Sequence record: NC_023719.1
Length of the DNA: 64,000 bases
Direction: 5' to 3' (one strand)
Shown: positions 39,579 through 48,600 of the stretch, one piece after another
How the letters are laid out: each line of letters opens with the position of its first letter
How positions within the stretch are numbered: position 1 is the first letter of the stretch
Translations under genes and position numbers: made by a program
Notes under the pieces: generated by a model
What the model saw: only the letters and a program-made list of their open reading frames with translations
Database searches by the model: none
Told to the model about the DNA's origin: nothing

Positions 39579-39869
39579 ATGGCAAATTATGATGGAATTA
39601 TCTTAAACGATATAATATTTACTTGTACAAGGAAGAAGAAGGTATATAACGTTGATATTATAAATTTATACAATTTTGAAGCAACTAGAAATATTAACAT
39701 CAATCCAGTTACCATTATAGAATTGCTTCCAGATTTTAGAGATGAAAATGATGAATATGGAGCAACAAAGCAAATTAATAATTTCGATGCTGTTTTTCCG
39801 TTTGGAGATAGCCAATCACCTCCACGAAGAACTCCACTCGAAAATTCATGGACAAGGAACAGGAATTAA
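39579..39869 (+). CDS. Small hypothetical protein
   Basis: RBS GAGGTG; last gene before the terminator. Confidence 0.65.
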   Translation: MANYDGIILNDIIFTCTRKKKVYNVDIINLYNFEATRNININPVTIIELLPDFRDENDEYGATKQINNFDAVFPFGDSQSPPRRTPLENSWTRNRN

Positions 39870-39870
39870 A

Positions 39871-39907
39871 AAAAAGACATTAGGAAAATTACTCCTAATG
39901 TCTTTTT
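39871..39907 (+). terminator. Intrinsic terminator closing the structural island
   Basis: AAAAAGACATTAGGA / TCCTAATGTCTTTTT. Confidence 0.75.
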
Positions 39908-39957
39908 AACTTATTTAAGCGTTTTTCATATGATATATCTATCATGAAAAGAAAAAG

Positions 39958-42042
39958 GTGAGAACACTGAAGTTATCGTATTTAAAAATTAAAAACTTTG
40001 CATCTTATAAAGACGAAAAAATCGATTTTAAAAAAATACCACCTCATATAGTTCTAGCTTTAACTGGACCAAATGGTGCGGGTAAGAGTTCTATAATTGA
40101 AGCAATAACAGTAGCATTATTCAATAGAGCTCGTGGTACATCAACTCAAGGTGGAGGATTAGAAGAATTTATTAATAAGGGGGAAGATGAATTCGAAATC
40201 GAACTTGAATTTGAAATCAACTCTCAAATGATAAGAGTAATACGACGCAGATTCGCTAAAGGTGGACAAGAATTAGAATTATTTATTGATGAAGTTGATC
40301 ATACAGATAAAATCAAAGAAACGCAAGCTAAATTATTAAACATCATTAAAATTGATTACGATACTTTTATAGATACAGTGATCATTAAACAAGGTAATTC
40401 TGGTACATTTATGGCAAAACCAGCTAATGAAAGAAAAGAAGTATTTACACAAATTCTTGGATTAGATAAATACGACGTTTTACAAGAATATACTAAAGAA
40501 ATAAGAAAAGAAACTAAAAAAGACATTGAAACTAATAAAGAGAAGTTAGCTGAATTAGACGATTCAATTAAAAACAAATCGATGTATGAAACGATTATTA
40601 ATCAAGGTGAAATTGAAATTGCTCAATTGACAGGCGAGATTTCTTTTAAAGAAAGTGAAATTGAATTTGAATTAGCTGAAAAGGCTACTCATGAACAATT
40701 AGTAAAGCAGAGAAATGAGATTTTAAGACGCCAAAAAATCTTAAGTGATAAAATTGTAACGACTACTGATTCAATTTCAAAAGGTCAACTAATGAAAGAA
40801 AAATGTGAAACAATTTTATTATCAAAGGACTTAGTTAATAGCAATTTGACTGAATCTACTAACGAATTAGAGTCACTTAATGAGAAAAAATCATCTTTAA
40901 CTTCTGAAAAGAGTAATATCGAAGGTACAAATAATGTTTTAAGAAAACAAGCTAAAGAATTAAAAGCTAAACATGATAAAATGAAAGAATTCAATGAAGC
41001 TTTTTGTAACTTTTGTGGTCAAGAAGTAACAGATGAACATAAACAGAATCATATGCAGGAATTATACAATGAAGCCATGGGTTATATTAAACAAGTTAAA
41101 GAAAATGATTCTAAGGTTTCTGACTTAGATTCGCGAATTTTAGAATTGAATTCTTCAATTTCTAACATGAAAGCGATAATACAGGATTTAAGAAGCAAAG
41201 TATCTCAAGTTGAACAGGCTGAAGTTAAATATTCTAATATTATTACTCGTTTAGGTGAGTTAGAGAGTGAACTAGAAGAAACTAGAACTGATTATGAGGA
41301 AGTAATGAAAATTGAAGTTGCTGAAATTGAAAATAAGACATTTAGAGATAATGAACTTCGTGTAGAAATCAACAATCTTCGTCAGCAATTAACAAATTGG
41401 AATAGCAAAATAGCTGTCGCTGAAAATGAGCTTAAGAAAATCAGTAAAGATGAAAGTAAAATTATCAAAATTGAAAATGAGATTTTAGATCTACAAGCGA
41501 AATATGCTAAATTAGATGATCTTGTTAGAGCTTGGGGTAAAGAAGGCATACAAGCTATAATTATTGACAATGCTTTACCGGAAATACAGGACGAAATTAA
41601 TGCTATTTTGGGATTATTGACAAATGAACAGGTAAGTATTGAGTTTATTACACAAAAAGAAAAAGGCAAGGGTAAAAAAGTGTCTTCTATTGAGACATTA
41701 GATATCATTGTTAGCGATCAAGAAGGTTCAAGGGTTTATGAAACTTACTCTGGTGGTGAAAAATTCCGTGTAGATTTCGCTTGTCATGTTGGGTTATCCA
41801 AATTCTTATCAAAACGTGCAGGCGCAGCTATTGACTTATTCATTGTAGATGAAGGTATTGGGTCTCAAGATCAACTTGCAAAAGACAATCTTGTATCAGT
41901 TTTACACAAAATTTCAACTCAATTTGATAAAGTTATAGTAATCACGCATATTCAAGACATTATTGAAGCGTTCCATGATAAAATAGAAGTTTTTAAAGAT
42001 CCTGTAGAAGGAAGTAAAGTTAAAATTTTAAACGAAATTTAA
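39958..42042 (+). CDS. sbcC: SbcC/Rad50 (T4 gp46-like) ATPase
   Basis: Walker A GPNGAGKS, zinc hook CNFC, coiled coils, signature YSGGE, Walker B IVDEG, THI. Confidence 0.95.
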   Translation: MRTLKLSYLKIKNFASYKDEKIDFKKIPPHIVLALTGPNGAGKSSIIEAITVALFNRARGTSTQGGGLEEFINKGEDEFEIELEFEINSQMIRVIRRRFAKGGQELELFIDEVDHTDKIKETQAKLLNIIKIDYDTFIDTVIIKQGNSGTFMAKPANERKEVFTQILGLDKYDVLQEYTKEIRKETKKDIETNKEKLAELDDSIKNKSMYETIINQGEIEIAQLTGEISFKESEIEFELAEKATHEQLVKQRNEILRRQKILSDKIVTTTDSISKGQLMKEKCETILLSKDLVNSNLTESTNELESLNEKKSSLTSEKSNIEGTNNVLRKQAKELKAKHDKMKEFNEAFCNFCGQEVTDEHKQNHMQELYNEAMGYIKQVKENDSKVSDLDSRILELNSSISNMKAIIQDLRSKVSQVEQAEVKYSNIITRLGELESELEETRTDYEEVMKIEVAEIENKTFRDNELRVEINNLRQQLTNWNSKIAVAENELKKISKDESKIIKIENEILDLQAKYAKLDDLVRAWGKEGIQAIIIDNALPEIQDEINAILGLLTNEQVSIEFITQKEKGKGKKVSSIETLDIIVSDQEGSRVYETYSGGEKFRVDFACHVGLSKFLSKRAGAAIDLFIVDEGIGSQDQLAKDNLVSVLHKISTQFDKVIVITHIQDIIEAFHDKIEVFKDPVEGSKVKILNEI

Positions 42043-42068
42043 AAGAGACAAAATCTTGTCTCTTTTTT
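42041..42068 (+). terminator. Intrinsic terminator
   Basis: AAAAGAGACAA-AATC-TTGTCTCTTTT. Confidence 0.7.
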
Positions 42069-42139
42069 CTTGCTTCTGTTTAAAAATTACAAGACTTATA
42101 TCTATAATTAAATTATCAAATGAAAGGAGGATAAGTTGA

Positions 42140-42778
42140 GTGAAGGAAGAAGACATACTAAATCAACCAGAGAAAGATTTTGAAACAATATTGAATGAAA
42201 AATCTACAGCATCAAATGCATCTTCTTCTTTGAAAGACCTCGAGGGAATGATACAAGATATTTTATCTACTCTTCCCAATCTTAATCGCGAAAAATTAAG
42301 ACGAGAAATGCAGCGAATGACAGTTAAGTTAGAAGATAATCCTACTACATCACAACTTAACGAAGGTTTATCTCATGCGCAAGGTTATAAAGATCGCTTA
42401 TCAGAAATTTATACTTATGCATTGAGGGAATATAAAACTCGTAATCGTTGTATGGAAATGTTATTTGATGCAGTAAACTACGTTTCTAATGCGAAAAGTG
42501 CCGATAAGAGAAAAGGTGAAGCGACAATGTTGTATCCTATGCTTATTATTCAACGAGAGGCTGCAGAAACATTCATGAAAGAAGTAGAACATGTATTGCA
42601 GAACATAAAATCTGCCCACGATTCAATATCTCGTCAAGTGAGTATTGCTCAAATACAAGTTCAACTTGGAGAATTTAGAAGAGGCGAAACAAATCCTCAA
42701 CTACGACCAAGTAGTCAAGCGGAAGAGTTTTCTGCTAACCGCAAGAAAAACGAAGAAGTAGGTTGGGAAGATTTCTAA
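42140..42778 (+). CDS. Helical hypothetical protein, possibly a UvsY-like recombination mediator
   Basis: Position between sbcC and the putative SSB; helical composition; function is a contextual guess. Confidence 0.35.
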   Translation: MKEEDILNQPEKDFETILNEKSTASNASSSLKDLEGMIQDILSTLPNLNREKLRREMQRMTVKLEDNPTTSQLNEGLSHAQGYKDRLSEIYTYALREYKTRNRCMEMLFDAVNYVSNAKSADKRKGEATMLYPMLIIQREAAETFMKEVEHVLQNIKSAHDSISRQVSIAQIQVQLGEFRRGETNPQLRPSSQAEEFSANRKKNEEVGWEDF

Positions 42779-42927
42779 GAAAAATCTTATAAAAAGAAAA
42801 AACTTAGTTAAAAATCTTATCTGAAATAATAATAATACATCTGTAAGACTAAAACAAAACAATACGGAAACGCCCGAATACAAGAACTTATTAAGTTCCA
42901 AAAGGCGTAAATAGGAGGAAAAGTTAT

Positions 42928-43566
42928 ATGTCAGAGTTAGACTGGGGTTCAGTAAGAGCAGGCGGTTCAGGTGAAGGTACACCATTTATTAAATTACAAC
43001 CAGGGGTAAATCAAGTACGAGTAGTTGGTAAACCATACTTAGTAGATATCCACTGGGAAAAAGGTTTAGATGGTCAAAATAAAAAGGTAGTTTGCCCAGG
43101 TGCGGGTTGCCCAGTATGTAAAGCTGGTCACGTTCCAATGGCTCGTTATCAGGTGTTAGTAATTGATCGTACTGATAATAAAGTAAAGATTCTTGAAGGT
43201 GGTCCACGTATCTTCTCAGCAATTAAAGATTACGCTATGGATCCAGATTATGGAGATCCTTCAAAATATGATTTAAAAATCAAAAAAGAAGGTTCTGGCC
43301 GTGAGACTAAATACACAGTGTTAGCATCTCCAAACAAAGGCAACTTAACACCTGAAGAATCTGATTTAGTAGATAACTCAAAATCATTAACTGACATTAA
43401 CAAACCAAAGTCAATTGATGAAATTTATCAAATGGGTCTTGAAGTATTAGCTTCTTCTATGCCAGATCTTGCTGATGATGCAGGTTGGGGCCCAGCTCCT
43501 ACTGGTGGGGATTCGACTGGAAGTTCAGATATGGGAATTAGCGACGATGATTGGAATGACCTTTAA
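42928..43566 (+). CDS. Putative phage single-stranded DNA-binding protein (gp32-like)
   Basis: FIKL..G.N.VRV, CPGAGCPVC Zn motif, YDLKI..G....T.Y pattern, acidic tail. Confidence 0.6.
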   Translation: MSELDWGSVRAGGSGEGTPFIKLQPGVNQVRVVGKPYLVDIHWEKGLDGQNKKVVCPGAGCPVCKAGHVPMARYQVLVIDRTDNKVKILEGGPRIFSAIKDYAMDPDYGDPSKYDLKIKKEGSGRETKYTVLASPNKGNLTPEESDLVDNSKSLTDINKPKSIDEIYQMGLEVLASSMPDLADDAGWGPAPTGGDSTGSSDMGISDDDWNDL

Positions 43567-43643
43567 TTTAGACTAGGTTAAAAAGAGAAAGAGGTTACAT
43601 TAATTTGTAATCTCTTTTTTAATACAAAAAGGAGAGTTTTAAA

Positions 43644-44384
43644 ATGGTAAAAAAGAAATATACTGACTTTGATATCCGTATGAAAGAGTATGAAAAAGCG
43701 TATAAAATTAAACTACCTAAAAGAATGCCGGTTCTTGTTCGTATTGATGGAAAAGCATTCCACACCTATACAAAAGGTATGGAAAAACCATTTGATGAGA
43801 ATATTGCTAAAGCTATGTGGGAAACTTCAAAATATTTAGCTGAAAATATTATGGGTTGTAAAGTCGTTTACCACCAATCTGATGAAATTAGTTTACTTAT
43901 CACAAACTATGATAAGCTAACAACAGAATCATGGTTTAGTAATAGTTTACAAAAAATTGCTTCAATTTCAGCTTCACTTGCAACATATAAATTTAACGAC
44001 TATATGAAAACAAATAATTTTAGTGATAAAGCTGCTATATTTGATGCTCGAGCTTGGGTGTTACCACAAGATGAAGTATGTAACTATTTCTTATGGAGAC
44101 AACAAGATTGTACAAAGAACTCTATTTCGATGGTTGCGCAAGCCAATTTTTCTCATAAACAATTACACCGTTTAAGTGGGAGTCAAATGCAGGACAAATT
44201 AATGCTTGAAAGAGGCATCAATTGGAACAATCTCCCAACATGGCAAAAACGTGGTGTTTGTATTACTAAACAATACCACTCCAAAGGAGAAACAAAACGT
44301 AGCAGGTGGGAAGTTGATTTAGAAATCCCTATCTTTTCAAAAGATAGAAGTTACATTGATCAATATGTATATTTAAATAAATAA
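43644..44384 (+). CDS. Thg1-like tRNA(His) guanylyltransferase / 3'-5' polymerase
   Basis: RIDGKAFH, QSDEISL, FDAR, WRQQDCTKNSI, LPTWQKRG. Confidence 0.9.
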   Translation: MVKKKYTDFDIRMKEYEKAYKIKLPKRMPVLVRIDGKAFHTYTKGMEKPFDENIAKAMWETSKYLAENIMGCKVVYHQSDEISLLITNYDKLTTESWFSNSLQKIASISASLATYKFNDYMKTNNFSDKAAIFDARAWVLPQDEVCNYFLWRQQDCTKNSISMVAQANFSHKQLHRLSGSQMQDKLMLERGINWNNLPTWQKRGVCITKQYHSKGETKRSRWEVDLEIPIFSKDRSYIDQYVYLNK

Positions 44385-44514
44385 ATAGAAATTAGAAATT
44401 AGAAAGGGGTTGCATTAATTTGCAATCTCTTTTTAATTAAAAACTTAAATAAGATAAATTTATTCAACTTTTATTAATAAAATATATAATTAAAAATTAT
44501 AGAGGTGATGTTTT

Positions 44515-45282
44515 ATGAAAAATAACAATAAATGGTCAATAGAAGAAGAACAGCAACTAGCAAATATAGTTTTATCTTGTATGCAGAATAAAAAGAAATT
44601 AATTGAAGCATTACGCGAAGCTGAAAAAGAAATACCTAATAGAACATTTTCCGCCTGCCAAACAAAATGGACTGATAAAGTTAAGTTTGAATACGCGGAA
44701 CAAATTAAAGAAATTAAAGAGAAGATTAATGCTGAAAAAGACATAGAACTTAAAAAACATGAAATGCGGAAAGAAAAGAACAAACAAGAAAACATTAATA
44801 AGAGAAAAGAAAAGAAATTTAAGTCTAAAGAAAAAAATAAAACTAAAAAAGAAGTAAAGATTGAAAAAAAGAAGGGAAGAATTAATACTTGGTCGTTAGA
44901 AGAAGATACTATCCTAGCAAACTCAGTTTTATCTTATTTACAATATAGAAATTCTGCTTCCCAAGGTATAGTGGTTGCAAGTAGAAAATTACCGAACCGT
45001 TCACTTGAAGCTTGTAAGGCAAGATGGAATACGGCTCTTAGACACGAATATAGACAACAGGTTTCTAATATTAAAGCGATAAAAAGTAAACAATGGACAG
45101 GGAAAGAAGATTCTATTTTATTACGTGGATTAGAAGAAAACTCTAGAAATAGAGTAAGTTTTGAACAAGCTATAAGATATGTTAATGCGGAACTTATTAA
45201 ACTTGGTTACGATAGAAGTCTTTCGGCATGTAAGGCAAGATGGGCAACAATTAAATATGATTACCCTTACATCATGTATTAA
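44515..45282 (+). CDS. Protein with three Myb-like repeats resembling RsfA-family regulators
   Basis: Three W(S/T)..E(E/D)..L....R(T/S)..AC..(K/R)W units. Confidence 0.65.
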   Translation: MKNNNKWSIEEEQQLANIVLSCMQNKKKLIEALREAEKEIPNRTFSACQTKWTDKVKFEYAEQIKEIKEKINAEKDIELKKHEMRKEKNKQENINKRKEKKFKSKEKNKTKKEVKIEKKKGRINTWSLEEDTILANSVLSYLQYRNSASQGIVVASRKLPNRSLEACKARWNTALRHEYRQQVSNIKAIKSKQWTGKEDSILLRGLEENSRNRVSFEQAIRYVNAELIKLGYDRSLSACKARWATIKYDYPYIMY

Positions 45283-45301
45283 AAACTTTTTATAAAATTT
45301 G

Positions 45302-45330
45302 TTTACACTTTTGATTATGTATGTTATAAT
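45302..45330 (+). promoter_or_regulatory. sigmaA-type (early) promoter
   Basis: TTTACA-17 nt-TATAAT. Confidence 0.75.
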
Positions 45331-45357
45331 TTATATATATTATAAAGGAGTGGTTTT

Positions 45358-46128
45358 ATGGGTACAAAATTATTGGTTTATGAATTAGAAGATTTACAAG
45401 AAGAACCATTTGGTTTTGAAGTTGAAAATCTAACACCTCGTGATTGGAGAGAGATTTCTTCTTATGTTGAATTATCTGAAGAGTTCATAAGAAAATATCA
45501 TGATAAATTAGATTGGGATGCATTAATTGAAAGTGGTATTTTAAATGACTCATTAGTAATGGACTTTATCCAATACTTTAAGTATCCATTTCAATGGGAA
45601 AGATTGATAATTAGTTGTGAAAATTTATCAAATGAATTTTTAATTAAATTTCGAGGAAAATTTGAAGTAGAACCTTTATTTGAATATCAGAAAGTATCAG
45701 CTAAATTGCTTTATTATCTTTTAAGAGAATCGAAAGATAGAGGTTATATTGCTAAATTAGCTTTAGAATACCAAACAATCACGCCTCAAAAAATTAAAGC
45801 TCTAGAAAAAGCTGGTGAATCTATTAATTGGTATAATTTAAGTGTTAATTCAAAATTGAGTAAAAGTACATTGAAAACTTTTACTTCATCGTTACACTGG
45901 AATATAATGATGAGAGAAAAAGAGTTCTCTGAAGAAGAATTATTAGAATTTCAAAATTTTGTAGATTGGAATAACGCTTCTGAATACCAGAAAATGTCTA
46001 AAGATTTTATTTTAGAACATTCAGATAAAATCAACATTGAAAGGTTAAGATTGAACAAAAAAGTAGATCAAGAAGAACTAAATAAGCATGAAGTATATAC
46101 AGTATTAACTTTATTACAAACAGCCTAA
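45358..46128 (+). CDS. Tryptophan-repeat protein
   Basis: Repeated DW..IS...LSE.FI....D.L.W units. Confidence 0.7.
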   Translation: MGTKLLVYELEDLQEEPFGFEVENLTPRDWREISSYVELSEEFIRKYHDKLDWDALIESGILNDSLVMDFIQYFKYPFQWERLIISCENLSNEFLIKFRGKFEVEPLFEYQKVSAKLLYYLLRESKDRGYIAKLALEYQTITPQKIKALEKAGESINWYNLSVNSKLSKSTLKTFTSSLHWNIMMREKEFSEEELLEFQNFVDWNNASEYQKMSKDFILEHSDKINIERLRLNKKVDQEELNKHEVYTVLTLLQTA

Positions 46129-46220
46129 AACTGGATTTATTATCCAGTTTTTTTAATTTTTTTAACACTATTAAATAATATATATTTAATAAATCTAATT
46201 CAATTAAAGAGGTGATTAGA

Positions 46221-46628
46221 GTGAAAACCAAGAGAAAATATTCATCACAAGAAAAAAACATTATTAAGAAGATAAAGACTAGACGTAAACATGTTTGTTA
46301 TTATTGTGAAAAGAAAATAACAGAAAAACACGATTTAACAGTAGATCATAAAGAACCATATGATGGTTTTAATACAACATATAGGAATTGTGTTATATCG
46401 TGTTTTAAATGTAACAACGAAAAGCAGAAAAAAACAGAACAAGAATACTCAACTTACCTTTTATATAAAGATAGCCTTTCAAAATTCTCTATTGAGAAGA
46501 TAGAAGAAGAGTTAGAAAGAATTGTTAATTTATTTAGAGAAGGAATTAAAGTAGAACTAGATGGTATGCCTCTTGGCCACAAAGCGCAGGCATTAAGGGC
46601 TATGAAAGATAGCAAAAAAATTGCTTGA
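46221..46628 (+). CDS. HNH endonuclease
   Basis: CYYC..TVDH..N...CFKCN; GTG start after GAGGTG. Confidence 0.85.
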   Translation: MKTKRKYSSQEKNIIKKIKTRRKHVCYYCEKKITEKHDLTVDHKEPYDGFNTTYRNCVISCFKCNNEKQKKTEQEYSTYLLYKDSLSKFSIEKIEEELERIVNLFREGIKVELDGMPLGHKAQALRAMKDSKKIA

Positions 46629-46753
46629 TAGATAATTTTAAATAATATATATTTAAAAAAATAGATGTCATCTAGTATGAAAATACATATAAAGATGATA
46701 ATATAATATCATTTTGATAAAATTGTAGTTTAATTGGATTGGGTGGGATGTTA

Positions 46754-47578
46754 ATGGGTCATTGGATATGTTTGATAGGGAAATCGGGTTCAGGTAAAAC
46801 AAAAATCGCTAAATTCTTTCATGAGAGTGTTGGGTTTACGACTAGAAACATGCGTAAAAATGAAATAGATGGTATTAGCTACTATTTTAAAAACAAAGAA
46901 GATATTGAAAAAGAAATAGTAAAATTCAATAATGAAGAAGAAAGTGATATTATTGAATATGGCGAATACAAAGGTCATTACTACGGTACTTTAAAAGAGG
47001 AATTTGAAAAAAATATTAGAGAACACGATATTGTAGTTAACGTAATGGAAATTGAAGGCGCTTTGAAAATGCGTAAAAAATTTGGTAGTGATCTTGTGAA
47101 GTTAATATGGGTAGACGTAAATGAAGATATTAGAATTGGAAGATTGAAAAGGCGGTCTGCAGTAACTGGAGAAAGTAAAGAAGACATTGAGCAAAGATTT
47201 AATGAATCATATAGAGATAAAGAAAAAGATCTTTGTGATTATGTTGTAAGTAACAATAATACTATAGAAATGTCTGTTGCAACTATAAAAGAGTATCTAG
47301 TTTTATGTAAAGACGAAAATAAGAAAAATGTTATAAATTCAATTAAAACCTTACTTACTTATAATGATCTAGCATTTAATCACTCTTTAATGTATTACGA
47401 GTTTTATATAATGCATGATATGTATGTGTTAAACCCACTTATTAAATTAGAGCAAGATATTGATTTTTTAGTAAGAAGTGTAGAAAATGAAATAAAACAC
47501 ATAAGAGAATTAACATATGACATTATTAATTATCTTGAATCAATAAGAATTGTTATGACACTTAAAAATAATGAATAA
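46754..47578 (+). CDS. gmk: Guanylate kinase-like protein with C-terminal extension
   Basis: GKSGSGKT, TTR..R..E.DG..Y.F, EYGEY.GHYYGT. Confidence 0.85.
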   Translation: MGHWICLIGKSGSGKTKIAKFFHESVGFTTRNMRKNEIDGISYYFKNKEDIEKEIVKFNNEEESDIIEYGEYKGHYYGTLKEEFEKNIREHDIVVNVMEIEGALKMRKKFGSDLVKLIWVDVNEDIRIGRLKRRSAVTGESKEDIEQRFNESYRDKEKDLCDYVVSNNNTIEMSVATIKEYLVLCKDENKKNVINSIKTLLTYNDLAFNHSLMYYEFYIMHDMYVLNPLIKLEQDIDFLVRSVENEIKHIRELTYDIINYLESIRIVMTLKNNE

Positions 47579-47593
47579 AAAGGAGTTTATAAA

Positions 47594-47926
47594 ATGGAGA
47601 GAAATGTTGAAGAAACTTTTAATGAAAAGATATATGAGTTAGTTTGTGCAATTGATGTTATTAATAAAATGATGCGAAAATATGGTGGCAACATATTTTT
47701 AACAATATCTGACGAATTAATTGAAGTTAAATCACTTCTAACTTGGGATGGATATGATTCACTAAAGCGAGAAGCTAATTTACACATTGATAAACTAGAG
47801 AAATCAGTTAAAGCGTTAAATAATAGTGAAGAAATAATTGGCAGTATCGATTTTAATAAAATTAAGCCAGCAATTGGTTCTTTAGAGATGTTCATTATGG
47901 AAATAAAACTTGCATTTTGTGATTAA
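47594..47926 (+). CDS. Hypothetical protein
   Basis: RBS AAGGAG. Confidence 0.65.
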   Translation: MERNVEETFNEKIYELVCAIDVINKMMRKYGGNIFLTISDELIEVKSLLTWDGYDSLKREANLHIDKLEKSVKALNNSEEIIGSIDFNKIKPAIGSLEMFIMEIKLAFCD

Positions 47927-47937
47927 GAGGTGAAAGA

Positions 47938-48237
47938 ATGAGTAAATCAACAAAATTAGTACATGACATCTATGATACGTTTCATCCTTACTATAAAGAT
48001 AATAAGGAGTTTAATGTTACAATGTTTACTTTGGAGTTTAAATGCCGTGAGTGTATTGACCATTTTGATATTTTTAGTATTGAATCAAAAATAATGATTT
48101 TGAAAAAAATCATATTTCTTAGCAAAGAGATAGAAACATATATTTCAGTTCGTGATTTTACTAGAATAAAAGATTTAATTAGTCAAATAGAAATTGAAAT
48201 GGTTAAAATAACAATGGTGGGTGAACATTATGAGTAA
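47938..48237 (+). CDS. Hypothetical protein
   Basis: RBS GAGGTG. Confidence 0.65.
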   Translation: MSKSTKLVHDIYDTFHPYYKDNKEFNVTMFTLEFKCRECIDHFDIFSIESKIMILKKIIFLSKEIETYISVRDFTRIKDLISQIEIEMVKITMVGEHYE

Positions 48238-48517
48238 TGAATTTGAACAATTAGTTATTGTTACGTCTATAACTAGTGATTTAGAAGCAAAAATAAACGA
48301 AAATACAATTTTAAGCGATAATGATGTAGTATTTATAAGGGTACCACAGAATATTTTTGATTATGCTTTTGCTGCACAGCTATATAGTGCACTAAACAAG
48401 AGTCTCAGAGGTAGAATTATTATTGTCCCTGATATGGATATTAATGTTATGGGTACGAGGGAATTAATAGAGTTGAGAACTTTAATTGATAGTAAAATAA
48501 AATCTCAACAATCATAA
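48221..48517 (+). CDS. Hypothetical protein
   Basis: Overlaps the previous stop; start may be ATG48230. Confidence 0.6.
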   Translation: MNIMSNEFEQLVIVTSITSDLEAKINENTILSDNDVVFIRVPQNIFDYAFAAQLYSALNKSLRGRIIIVPDMDINVMGTRELIELRTLIDSKIKSQQS

Positions 48518-48540
48518 TAACTTAATATTTATAAAAATCG

Positions 48541-48569
48541 TTTACAATCCTCCATTTATGTGATATAAT
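48541..48569 (+). promoter_or_regulatory. sigmaA-type (early) promoter
   Basis: TTTACA-17 nt-TATAAT. Confidence 0.75.
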
Positions 48570-48600
48570 AAATATATATCATATTGGATGGAGGATTTTT

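Noticed and set aside
23726-39869. Diversity-generating retroelement or invertible cassette acting on the adhesin genes
   Set aside because: No reverse transcriptase, recombinase, adenine-specific TR/VR pair or long inverted repeats seen; differences between the duplicated genes are not A-specific.
44386-44434. AGAAATT short repeat and similar terminators near 43590 and 44405
   Set aside because: Ordinary terminators with a micro-duplication; no evidence of a mobile or regulatory repeat.
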